The position numbers and the translations under genes are program-made. A model generated the notes under the pieces. It did no database searches. It saw nothing but the letters and a program-made list of their open reading frames with translations, and had not been told where the DNA came from. Below are positions 8,539 to 16,874 of a stretch of 64,000 bases of DNA, in pieces. The stretch's first letter is position 1; the number at the start of each line of letters is the position of its first letter. The DNA comes from a virus. The stretch lies in IMG/VR virus record IMGVR_UViG_3300042448_002155, positions 1 through 64,000 of that record; one strand, 5' to 3'.

Positions 8539-9330
8539 TTAATCTCTTTCTATTCCGATATAATCGCATGCTTTGCGAAATATTGCTTGACTTGTTTTAA
8601 AGTGGGAATCTGCTTCGCCCCCAACAGTAGAAGACTTGTGCCAGCTATGGCCAATAGAAACACTCCCATCATATACTACGTTATAACCTAAGTGTCTTGC
8701 AAAATATGAACACCAAGTCTCTTCATAATAGTGAGGAGTAGGGAGAAATGCTCCTTCTGCATCAGGGTGCATTTTTTTATAGCCTGAGTGATTAGTTAGT
8801 GCGTTCCAAACTTCCCTACGAATGAAGTATGCTGAACCTGACACGGTAACGCATTCAACTCTATCCTTATATAAAAGATCTGCCGGGTCGTGCTCGCGCC
8901 ATCCCCGATGTCGTGGCTGTGTATTTGTTCCAACAATTCCTGCGTGAGTTATATATCCGTTTTCGTCTCTTTGCTTTGGGCCTAAGATGTGGATATCTGG
9001 ATTGTTGTTAAATATATTTTGAATATTAACTAGACTCTCGCTTGATAGCCATACGTCTGCGTTTAACAGACAGATTATATCTGCTTCCCCGTCTTTAGCT
9101 AATTGATTACACGCAGCTGAATATCCTATATTTTCGTTATTGTATACCTTATTAATTTTATATCTTTGAGAATTATACTTAAGCCACTCTGCGCTGTCGT
9201 CTTTTGAATCATTATCTGCTATATACAGATTCCATACTTTTTCATTTGCGTGCAAATCGTTATGCAAGCAGTCTAGGAACCTATTGAGTAAGGGCCTAGT
9301 GTTATAATTTACTACACATAAATCTATCAA
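8539..9330 (-). CDS. Family 2 glycosyltransferase (WbbL/rhamnosyltransferase-like)
   Basis: VVNYNT...ADNDSKD...ENIGYSAACN...LLNADV...VSGSAYFIRRE...YYEETW. Confidence 0.88.
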   Translation of the reverse strand: MIDLCVVNYNTRPLLNRFLDCLHNDLHANEKVWNLYIADNDSKDDSAEWLKYNSQRYKINKVYNNENIGYSAACNQLAKDGEADIICLLNADVWLSSESLVNIQNIFNNNPDIHILGPKQRDENGYITHAGIVGTNTQPRHRGWREHDPADLLYKDRVECVTVSGSAYFIRREVWNALTNHSGYKKMHPDAEGAFLPTPHYYEETWCSYFARHLGYNVVYDGSVSIGHSWHKSSTVGGEADSHFKTSQAIFRKACDYIGIERD

Positions 9331-9584
9331 TTTAGTTCTCCACTAAAAGTAATTGCCTCAAAGGCCATTTCTGGACTCATTCCAAAATCAATTAAATTAA
9401 AAAATTCTTGTTCAATACTTTCTAATTTATCTTCATTAAAAAATTCTTTAAATCTATTTAAATATTGATGTAGTGTTGGGTTTTTTCTATGTTCTTCTGA
9501 CATTTTTTTTGATCTATTCTGTCCTAAAGTGTATCCAATTGCAAGTAAGTTGACTATGAAGAATAGCCTATTACCATTCTTCAT
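9327..9584 (-). CDS. Hypothetical protein with an N-terminal hydrophobic segment
   Basis: ORF in the operon containing LFFIVNLLAIGYTLG. Start uncertain (9584-9605). Confidence 0.55.
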   Translation of the reverse strand: MKNGNRLFFIVNLLAIGYTLGQNRSKKMSEEHRKNPTLHQYLNRFKEFFNEDKLESIEQEFFNLIDFGMSPEMAFEAITFSGELN

Positions 9585-9804
9585 AGTCATCATCCATCGA
9601 ATCAAAATAATTTTCTATAGCCTGCATTCTCACAGTGTCGGCTACTCTTCTAAAAGAATCTGCGTGCTCGTCTTGATTTTCATTAGCAAGATAATCGTAT
9701 GTTTCGGCTATATGCATGGCTGTTTCATAGTCTATGACTATGGCGGTTTCCCCGATTGATAGTTTAACGCTTAACTTCTTTTTATTATTCTGTTTCTTTG
9801 ACAT
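9571..9804 (-). CDS. Hypothetical protein
   Basis: 77-aa ORF coupled to both neighbours. Confidence 0.6.
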   Translation of the reverse strand: MSKKQNNKKKLSVKLSIGETAIVIDYETAMHIAETYDYLANENQDEHADSFRRVADTVRMQAIENYFDSMDDDYEEW

Positions 9805-10003
9805 TGCTTTCTTCCTTATTATTTACTCTATGTATTGCAAGATTATCAGTATCTGGCTCAAATGTTACAAAAAAAATATTCTTCTCATCTAAAGAATACC
9901 CTTCTGGCGGAGGACTATCTAGTGCTATTTTCTTAGAAGAGCAACCATAGACTTGACTGTGATTTTTGTATACTACCAAATAGTTTAACTTAGCTGCTGG
10001 CAT
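9785..10003 (-). CDS. Hypothetical protein
   Basis: 72-aa ORF with a GGAGG RBS, overlapping its neighbours. Confidence 0.6.
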   Translation of the reverse strand: MPAAKLNYLVVYKNHSQVYGCSSKKIALDSPPPEGYSLDEKNIFFVTFEPDTDNLAIHRVNNKEESNVKETE

Positions 10004-10445
10004 GATTCGCCTCCAAAACCTTTACGGAACACTCAGACAAAAACTTCTTCACTTTAGGCCATTCCTTATAGGATTGATCTAATAAACAATAAACTGTATC
10101 TACTGTTGAGTTAGCAATTAGTTTAGCACATGAGAAGCAGGGTGGTCCATTGATATACATTTTTTTTGCTCGTGAAGAATAGTCAGAATGGAGCAACGCA
10201 TTTGCCTCTGCGTGAATTGCTATGCAATTATCATAAATGGAACCGTTCTCAGATCCTTGCGTTAATCTTGGGCATCCACCCTCATCACAATGTTTCACCC
10301 CACTGGGGCCACCATTGTAACCAACTCCAACTATATGACCATATTCGTCTACTAAAATGGCAGCGTATTTTCTTTTTGCGCAAGTTGAAAATATCTTAGA
10401 TATGGAACTACACAGTTCCATGTATTGTTCATCTTTTCTATTCAT
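9990..10445 (-). CDS. dCMP deaminase
   Basis: STC.KR...VGYNG.P.G..HC...HAEANAL...PCFSCAKLI zinc-deaminase motifs. Confidence 0.92.
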   Translation of the reverse strand: MNRKDEQYMELCSSISKIFSTCAKRKYAAILVDEYGHIVGVGYNGGPSGVKHCDEGGCPRLTQGSENGSIYDNCIAIHAEANALLHSDYSSRAKKMYINGPPCFSCAKLIANSTVDTVYCLLDQSYKEWPKVKKFLSECSVKVLEANHASS

Positions 10446-10452
10446 AAGATTA

Positions 10453-10611
10453 TTACTTTACTACCAACGCAGCGGCTACGCCTGAGACTAGACAAAGAAG
10501 GATTGCAACTGTCTTTTCTTTTCCTTTTGGAAGAGACTGATTAAGTATCTGGAGTGATATGCACCAGTTAATTATTAATGTAAATATTAAAAGTTTTAAT
10601 ATATCAATCAT
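10453..10611 (-). CDS. 52-aa two-helix membrane protein (not in the ORF track)
   Basis: Manual translation MIDILKLLIFTLIINWCISLQILNQSLPKGKEKTVAILLCLVSGVAAALVVK exactly fills the gap between thyX and the deaminase. Confidence 0.65.
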   Translation of the reverse strand: MIDILKLLIFTLIINWCISLQILNQSLPKGKEKTVAILLCLVSGVAAALVVK

Positions 10612-10612
10612 A

Positions 10613-11314
10613 TTATTGCTTGGTTAGTAGCTCAATGCACACTGGAAATTTATCCACTATTAGAGAATAAACTGCTCTAGCGTACTCCTGTATTTCTTTT
10701 TGCGAGTCTTCAGCTAATCTTTGATTCAAAAATAACGCCACAGATTGAAGACTTGCTGACCAGCGATAAACAACATGCATGCCGTAGGCTGGTAGAAACA
10801 ATCTAGCTTGCTCTGGTGCTACTCCATTTTCCATAGCCATAGAATAAAGGGCTTCACCTTGATCAACATAATCCTGCAACTGTTGAGTCAGGAGTGAGCC
10901 AGTCCATGGATCTATTGGGCCACCAGACCCTTGCTTCTTGTCATCTGGAGCTAAACGCCATTGCTCACTAGTGGGAATGTAAAACTCCGGATCCATAGTG
11001 ATATATCTTCTGCTGGATTCATTCCATGAGTCCATTGTATGGTCAGAGCCCACTACGTATTTCCAGTGCTGACGTGCAACCATAAGGGGGGCCTTCATTT
11101 CAAACGTCATAAACGCATGACGAAATGGGGACATATGATTTTCTCTTACTAAGAAATCCAACAGTCTTCCATCGTTGACTGTCATCTCCTTAGATTCTTT
11201 AGCAAATGATGCTCTGGCAGCATTGACTACGGATAGGTCAGAACCCATAACGTCAACCAGTCTAACATATCCATTATTTAATACCGTAATTAATTTATCT
11301 TCATTCTGTTCCAT
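10613..11314 (-). CDS. thyX: Flavin-dependent thymidylate synthase
   Basis: GSDLSVVNAARAS...ENHMSPFRH...PLMVARQ...NESSRRY...EQARLFLP...SQKEIQEYA. Start likely MEQNE at 11314. Confidence 0.93.
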   Translation of the reverse strand: MEQNEDKLITVLNNGYVRLVDVMGSDLSVVNAARASFAKESKEMTVNDGRLLDFLVRENHMSPFRHAFMTFEMKAPLMVARQHWKYVVGSDHTMDSWNESSRRYITMDPEFYIPTSEQWRLAPDDKKQGSGGPIDPWTGSLLTQQLQDYVDQGEALYSMAMENGVAPEQARLFLPAYGMHVVYRWSASLQSVALFLNQRLAEDSQKEIQEYARAVYSLIVDKFPVCIELLTKQ

Positions 11315-11657
11315 CTTCAAAATCCTCATCTTCATCATCAACGATTACAAAAGAGATAAAGTTATCCGTCATGCAATCATTAAAATCTTCCGATATTTTA
11401 TATAATGAACCAAGTATATCAGATATTTCGCTATCTGGCTCACCAAGCATATTCTCCCCATCTAGGGAGGCTATGATTACTTCTGTAATATTAGAAATAT
11501 TATCAGATAGTGCCTGTTGAATCAATAGCAGTTCTTTTACGCCAAGTTTTACCTCTGACGTAAAAGAATCTGATATCTCTTTTAACTCATTAGAATTAAC
11601 TATTTCAGAAAATTTCTTTTCAAAGTCTTCATTCTCAAATTCATTTTTTTCAGACAT
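11301..11657 (-). CDS. Acidic hypothetical protein
   Basis: Start placed at MSEKNE, just after the nrdJ stop. Very D/E-rich. Confidence 0.6.
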   Translation of the reverse strand: MSEKNEFENEDFEKKFSEIVNSNELKEISDSFTSEVKLGVKELLLIQQALSDNISNITEVIIASLDGENMLGEPDSEISDILGSLYKISEDFNDCMTDNFISFVIVDDEDEDFEDGTE

Positions 11658-11661
11658 AATA

Positions 11662-13596
11662 TCACTTGATTGGGCAAGCTCCGCCTTCACACTCAAGACT
11701 ATCCAGTAAATCCATGTTGCTAGAGTCGGTAAAATTAATTCCATCTTTAATCTTCGACTTTAACTTATTGTATACTTCTTCAGTAATTTCCTCATACGGG
11801 GCAAGAGTAAATCCATGCTCACTGTGTAGCAGGAACGATACTGATTTTACTTTGTTTTTATAATTCTTCTTCATCCACTCTTGAATCTCTGGAAGTTCTT
11901 CCTTCTTGTAGTAAACGGTAACGCTTACGTTATTATCTGCCCATGTTGACTGAGCTTTGACTACCCATTCAAGTTGATTGATTGCAGTTATCTGACCTGC
12001 AAGAGTAGCGTGTTCAGGAGTCTTGCATGGGAAGTCAACAACGCAGATCGTGTGATTTTCTTTACCGTCTAACCCTACGTCATACTGAACCTTGTGTCCT
12101 TTATCTCTGCAGTAATTTACGAGTGGATCGTTGCTACCCATGCGTACTCGACGGATATAATATTTTGCGTAAGCTGGATGAATGCCTGGCGTAACTCCCG
12201 CCAACAGACTTAGGGTTCCACTGGGCTTTACGGTTGTTAGTTTAATTGACTTATTTATTCCCAGAGTAGCAGACCACTGCTCATCGATCTGCTTAAGATT
12301 TTTGTACGCTTCATCAATCCAAGATAATTGCTCTTCCGTAGATTGCAGCCATCCCGTAATACCCTGGCCCAATCTTCGGTTTCTTTCAATGACATCTTGA
12401 CTCTTCTTGTACGGATAGGCCAATGTTGTTATTGCCTTCTGAGTTTTATAGAGGAGCATGCTGACATCAAAAAGCTCTTCTTTTGAAGTGATATTAGGAA
12501 GAAAAATCTCAGCTAGATTACAAGGCTCTCCATCTTCTAGACCAATTTCTCCACATGGATTGGTGCCAATTACTCGGCTGTCGTTAGCCTTTTCGCCTAG
12601 TCTACCATTTTTACGAATAAGGTTTCTGTTAATCAAACCATAAGGTTCACCGGATCCATCATAGCCCTTCCAGAATTCATCAATGATCTCTTCGTATGCA
12701 TCAGCGTAGATTGAATTATTTGAATTGCCACGCCAAGCAGGGATGTCACCCTTGCCCCAATTCTTCGCTTTTAAGAAAAGGAAATCATCAGGGTCTCCAA
12801 TAGCTATTTGGGCAGATCGTCGAGCAGAGCCCGCTACAACTATCTTTCCGATGATATTAGCTATGTCCAAGGCATCGATTGAGCGAATCTTTTTTCCAAT
12901 ACGAGAATTCAAAATATCGCAAATATTCTTAATGCCTTCGATAAGAACTTCAGGGCCAGACGCTGTTCCACCAAACGTCTTCAGGGGTGCACCATACCCT
13001 CTTACTAGAATGGTACTATAAGTAAAGGATTCTCCAGTTTCAAAATAGCTTCTTAAAACCTTACCAAGTAACGCTGACCAACCCTTTCTTGAGTCGCCAA
13101 CAATAAAGTCTGCGTCATTAGTTTTTTCATGTCGAATAGATTGAACGTTTTGCACCTTGGGGAAATCATGAACACTTGCTCGCTCTACGGTAAAGCCAAC
13201 GCCACCGCCAACCATTAGGTGATCCATCAGGAATTGAAAGTCTTCTACTTTAGATATTGTTGTCATCCAACAGTTGACTAGGGAGACGCCACTCATCTTT
13301 TCTACTAAAGGTGTCCCCAATTGCCACAAGCAACGTCCGGCAAAAATGCCCTTAAGATTAAAAATATAATCAAACAGTCTTTCTGCTTCTTCTACCGTAT
13401 AGCCTGCACCTATCTTCTGAGCGCCATCTATACAACGTGCTATTGTTTCATGCCAATATTCTTTTCTACCTAAGGACTCTATTTCTCTAGAATAGGTTCT
13501 TCGATATACTATCTCGCCTAGACCATTAAATCCCCAAGGAGCTACCTTGTCTGCGTATGAGTTTATAAAGTCTTTAGAAAGAATACTGTTTTCCAT
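11662..13596 (-). CDS. nrdJ: Class II (adenosylcobalamin-dependent) ribonucleotide reductase, monomeric RTPR type
   Basis: RTYSR, LVNCW, GGGVG, RRSAQIA, TNPCGE, TTVKPSGT and the C-terminal CEGGACPIK redox tail. Confidence 0.95.
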   Translation of the reverse strand: MENSILSKDFINSYADKVAPWGFNGLGEIVYRRTYSREIESLGRKEYWHETIARCIDGAQKIGAGYTVEEAERLFDYIFNLKGIFAGRCLWQLGTPLVEKMSGVSLVNCWMTTISKVEDFQFLMDHLMVGGGVGFTVERASVHDFPKVQNVQSIRHEKTNDADFIVGDSRKGWSALLGKVLRSYFETGESFTYSTILVRGYGAPLKTFGGTASGPEVLIEGIKNICDILNSRIGKKIRSIDALDIANIIGKIVVAGSARRSAQIAIGDPDDFLFLKAKNWGKGDIPAWRGNSNNSIYADAYEEIIDEFWKGYDGSGEPYGLINRNLIRKNGRLGEKANDSRVIGTNPCGEIGLEDGEPCNLAEIFLPNITSKEELFDVSMLLYKTQKAITTLAYPYKKSQDVIERNRRLGQGITGWLQSTEEQLSWIDEAYKNLKQIDEQWSATLGINKSIKLTTVKPSGTLSLLAGVTPGIHPAYAKYYIRRVRMGSNDPLVNYCRDKGHKVQYDVGLDGKENHTICVVDFPCKTPEHATLAGQITAINQLEWVVKAQSTWADNNVSVTVYYKKEELPEIQEWMKKNYKNKVKSVSFLLHSEHGFTLAPYEEITEEVYNKLKSKIKDGINFTDSSNMDLLDSLECEGGACPIK

Positions 13597-14314
13597 TTTT
13601 ATCTCCTGTGTTAATTGCTATTGTTTTTATGTATTTATTATTAGTTTTAGCTAGTTCAGCTAATTTTATTTTCTTAATTTGTTCTACTGAATAAACGTTA
13701 TGTATTTGCTTCTCAAAGAAGTAGCCACTTCTCCAATTGAAAACCTTATCTACATTAGATTTATGGTTCATGAATATATTACATATAACAGCCCCACCGT
13801 ATGCTTTGACTAGGTTGGTTAGTTTATCTTTCAATATCGACGCATCGACCTTAGACATGTCTTCAAACTCTTCGGCTTTTTGATATAGCCAATTGTAAGC
13901 TTGTCTTGTAATCGGAGATATATCTATCGGATCTATTATACCTAATACTATGATCTGATTTCTCATTGCATTAATTTTTACATCTTCTTTTAGGATATCT
14001 ATGTAAAGAGTAAACCAATCATTTTTACTGAATTGAGCCCAGCCTGTACACCAAAATAATAGATTTGTAGCAGGATCGGGGATAGTCGTTTTTTCCATCA
14101 GAGGAAGTATAGTAGCACAACTGATAGCCTTCTTTACATGTTCTTTTGCAGCTTCTTGATTCTGCATTTTGTTAACGGAGTTTTTCCATAGAGTAGCAAT
14201 TGAGTCCTGCCACGATATGTCAGCGACGTAGAGCTTAAGGTACTTTTCAGCAACGCTTATAGGGAGCGAGTTATTATCAATGGCCTGTTGTACTTCTTGT
14301 ATAGACATCATCAA
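13574..14314 (-). CDS. Hypothetical alpha-helical protein, first gene of the replication/metabolism operon
   Basis: 246-aa ORF with TAAGGA RBS and no recognisable motif. Confidence 0.7.
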   Translation of the reverse strand: MMMSIQEVQQAIDNNSLPISVAEKYLKLYVADISWQDSIATLWKNSVNKMQNQEAAKEHVKKAISCATILPLMEKTTIPDPATNLLFWCTGWAQFSKNDWFTLYIDILKEDVKINAMRNQIIVLGIIDPIDISPITRQAYNWLYQKAEEFEDMSKVDASILKDKLTNLVKAYGGAVICNIFMNHKSNVDKVFNWRSGYFFEKQIHNVYSVEQIKKIKLAELAKTNNKYIKTIAINTGDKNGKQYSF

Positions 14315-14360
14315 TCCTTAATAGTTCCAGATAAAATTATGTAAACATATATACTTGCCG

Positions 14361-14399
14361 AAGAAAACAGACAACCCCGCCTCATGTGGACGGGGTTGT
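14361..14399 (-). terminator. GC-rich hairpin with T-rich tail (terminator or attenuator)
   Basis: Stem ACAACCCCG/CGGGGTTGT (14371-14379, 14391-14399), followed on the minus strand by CTGTTTTCTT. Confidence 0.65.
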
Positions 14400-14425
14400 T
14401 GTAACATTGGCTTTCTCATTCCTGC

Positions 14426-14434
14426 ATTATAGCA
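14426..14434 (-). promoter_or_regulatory. Extended -10 housekeeping-sigma promoter (TGCTATAAT)
   Basis: Perfect TGnTATAAT on the minus strand in the gap between the structural and replication modules. Confidence 0.65.
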
Positions 14435-14462
14435 TGAGAGTGCCAGATTATGTTCTATTGAC

Positions 14463-14663
14463 TTAATTTTTTATTGTTGCTGCACTCTCGGGATTACCCA
14501 TTTTTGTTGCAACCAAACCTTTAACAACACTTATTGCTGCTGCAACTGCAGCTGTAGCTGCTGACTTAATTTCATCAACACCACCTACTGTGTAAACAGC
14601 AATGAAAGCTTGCGCCGCTGTCCATATAGCTCTTTCTAAAATGTCTTTTTGTAATTTATTCAT
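14463..14663 (-). CDS. Holin (r1t-like, actinophage type)
   Basis: KDILERAIWTAAQAFIAV...AAVAAAISVVKGL resembles the r1t-family ERAxKTFAQ signature. Two hydrophobic helices. Confidence 0.7.
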   Translation of the reverse strand: MNKLQKDILERAIWTAAQAFIAVYTVGGVDEIKSAATAAVAAAISVVKGLVATKMGNPESAATIKN

Positions 14664-14673
14664 AATGCCTTCC

Positions 14674-14922
14674 TTAGGAAAAATTCTTTCTAATTAGCTT
14701 CTCTATAAGAAGATGAAAAGTTAAACCTAGCCACACTCCTGTGAATATACTTCCTGTTATTCTATTTTCTGTATGCCTCCAAAAAGCTCGAGTTAGTGTC
14801 TCGATTTTTTTGGACTTTATAGCATATATGTCATACGCTATAATCCCGAGGGCTAAACCGCCCCAAGCTATGGTCCCACTTTTTTTGTCATCTCTTTCCA
14901 AGATGAGCGGGGTGCCAAACAT
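14674..14922 (-). CDS. Small membrane protein (AW..L..G...Y...ETL...HL type seen in actinophages)
   Basis: AWGGLALGIIAYDIYA...ETLTRAF...WLGLTFHLL. Start uncertain (14922, or upstream to 15006). Confidence 0.6.
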   Translation of the reverse strand: MFGTPLILERDDKKSGTIAWGGLALGIIAYDIYAIKSKKIETLTRAFWRHTENRITGSIFTGVWLGLTFHLLIEKLIRKNFS

Positions 14923-14923
14923 C

Positions 14924-15556
14924 TTAGAGAGCTTTAGCGGAAGGAACTCCATTAAATTCTTGGACCTTTTCACGACCATAATCTCCAGTAGTATTTGCCT
15001 GACCATAACCGCTAGTGAATATTACAGTGCTAGTGACGCCATTGAATTGAGTCGGTTGGAAGAATCCAAACGAAGAAGCTGCGCCAGCAGCATCTGTGCG
15101 CTGAGCATGGCCGGTGTTGGCAAAAATATCAGCAGAAGGTACACCGTCAAATATGTTGTTATCATATAGGGCGTAATCGTTGACCCTATTGTATGCATGT
15201 CCAAACGTTGAGGGGAATGCGGATGCGCCAGCTAAGCCCTTGTATTCATTAGGCTTAAATCTAGCTCCATCATACGTAGCAGTACCATCAGGGAACGTTC
15301 CAGAAAGAGGATGAACGTATAATGTAGATCCGTTAAATATCTGGGACATAAATCTATTGCCCGGGAATTGACCGGTGCCAGGAGCAAAATGATTGTCTGG
15401 CGCACCATCTAGAACGTGACTGGTGCTATACAATGGATAGAAAGAATATGTACCAGTACCCTTGACTTTGCCGGTCATTGAGACATATGGGTTGACCATT
15501 CCAGCTGTTGTTCTGCCCTTTAATACTGGTCTGGGCCCTTGGTAAAACGTTGCCAT
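14924..15556 (-). CDS. Gly/aromatic-rich protein, probably virion-associated
   Basis: Strong RBS AAGGAG, G/T/F/Y-rich composition, located at the end of the structural block. Confidence 0.6.
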   Translation of the reverse strand: MATFYQGPRPVLKGRTTAGMVNPYVSMTGKVKGTGTYSFYPLYSTSHVLDGAPDNHFAPGTGQFPGNRFMSQIFNGSTLYVHPLSGTFPDGTATYDGARFKPNEYKGLAGASAFPSTFGHAYNRVNDYALYDNNIFDGVPSADIFANTGHAQRTDAAGAASSFGFFQPTQFNGVTSTVIFTSGYGQANTTGDYGREKVQEFNGVPSAKAL

Positions 15557-15619
15557 TTATTTTCTCCTTATAAAAAGATACGTGTCTTTATAGTACACCT
15601 AAAATGTTTTTTTTAAACC

Positions 15620-16873
15620 TTAGTTGTATTGAATAATTAAATCAGACAAAACTGGTGCTGTTGTGTCATTTGCCACATTTAAAGTAACTTCAATCCATAC
15701 ATGGTTATTTGCTCCTGGATTGTCCAAACTATAGGTCCCCCCATCATCATATATGATCCTATAGTCAAAAACGTTACTAATTTGACTTAATGGAACATTA
15801 TATATTTTTGGAGTAACGCTAGTTATTTCATTTATAACATCACCAGATATTGGGGTATATTTTATTATAGTTCTTCCAGTGGGTAGGAATTTATCATACC
15901 TTATGTCTAGGTCTGAAAGGCCATAGGTGTATATGTAATTTCCAAGCTCTGTAAAGTAATTTTTTTGATTAAATTTTACTCTTATAGCGGTAACTTCTGT
16001 TTCCGGGAATTGATAGCATAGGGGTCCGGAGTTCTTTACTGAATCTGCGCCTGAGGTATTCCATCCTCCAGGAGCAACTTTCCCGATTGCCGAAAGATCA
16101 CCATCATAATAGCCATTCGAATTAAGGGGTATCCATATATCACTATTTGATAATGTTGGATTTGGCCTAGTTGTGTATTCTATTGAGAATATTTCGACAC
16201 CAAATGATGGAAATGGATTTAGCTTTATTGTGTTCGTTTTAGACGATCCTGCAATTTCCGGAGATACTTTTACGTACATCATCATTTGAGCACCGGTGAT
16301 AGGATTGCTATTGGAAACTATTGTTCTTTTCCACACCTTATCTTGAGAGTCTAGAATGCAGTTATATATGGGCGTTGAGTCTATGGTGGCTCCATTTGTA
16401 TCTACTCCAGTAAATGTAAGATCTAGCATCGCCTTGAAATAGTCAGGAACGATTTGCCCAACACCCGGCTGCCCAAATTTAAGCTTAGAAAAAGATCCGC
16501 TAGAGACTTTAGGCAGAGATATGACATTGTATGTTGGATCAAAACTTAATAGTTCAGTTCCTGATACAGCGAAACTGCTACCGATAAAACTAGAATAATC
16601 TAGCTGTGAAAAAGAATGAATAGATAGAGTATTGCTTTCGGATTCTAGTGCCTTGATTCTGTCAGAAATATCATTAATGGCGTTTGCCAAAAAGGTGTGA
16701 TCCTTAAGGACGCGCTCAAAAGCTGCCGACAACTTTGTGTCAACCATATTTGATTTATTATACAGATACACTAAGTCTTGATAGTTTTCTTCTATTCTAG
16801 AATTATAATCAGAACTATCAACAGGGCCATTATATTTGTAATCTCTTTTTTTAGTTTTTAAAATGTCTGACAT
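15620..16873 (-). CDS. Baseplate/tail appendage structural protein (paralog family member)
   Basis: N-terminal coiled coil plus beta-rich body. YTYGLSDLDI and C-terminal APVLSDL motifs are shared with upstream paralogs. Confidence 0.6.
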   Translation of the reverse strand: MSDILKTKKRDYKYNGPVDSSDYNSRIEENYQDLVYLYNKSNMVDTKLSAAFERVLKDHTFLANAINDISDRIKALESESNTLSIHSFSQLDYSSFIGSSFAVSGTELLSFDPTYNVISLPKVSSGSFSKLKFGQPGVGQIVPDYFKAMLDLTFTGVDTNGATIDSTPIYNCILDSQDKVWKRTIVSNSNPITGAQMMMYVKVSPEIAGSSKTNTIKLNPFPSFGVEIFSIEYTTRPNPTLSNSDIWIPLNSNGYYDGDLSAIGKVAPGGWNTSGADSVKNSGPLCYQFPETEVTAIRVKFNQKNYFTELGNYIYTYGLSDLDIRYDKFLPTGRTIIKYTPISGDVINEITSVTPKIYNVPLSQISNVFDYRIIYDDGGTYSLDNPGANNHVWIEVTLNVANDTTAPVLSDLIIQYN

Positions 16874-16874
16874 T

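Noticed and set aside
3601-13596. Inteins or introns in the helicase, thyX or nrdJ
   Set aside because: Lengths are normal, motifs are contiguous, and no splice-junction or LAGLIDADG signature is seen.
14315-14462. tRNA or cobalamin riboswitch upstream of the nrdJ operon
   Set aside because: No cloverleaf or B12-box is recognisable and the leader is short; only one hairpin is evident.
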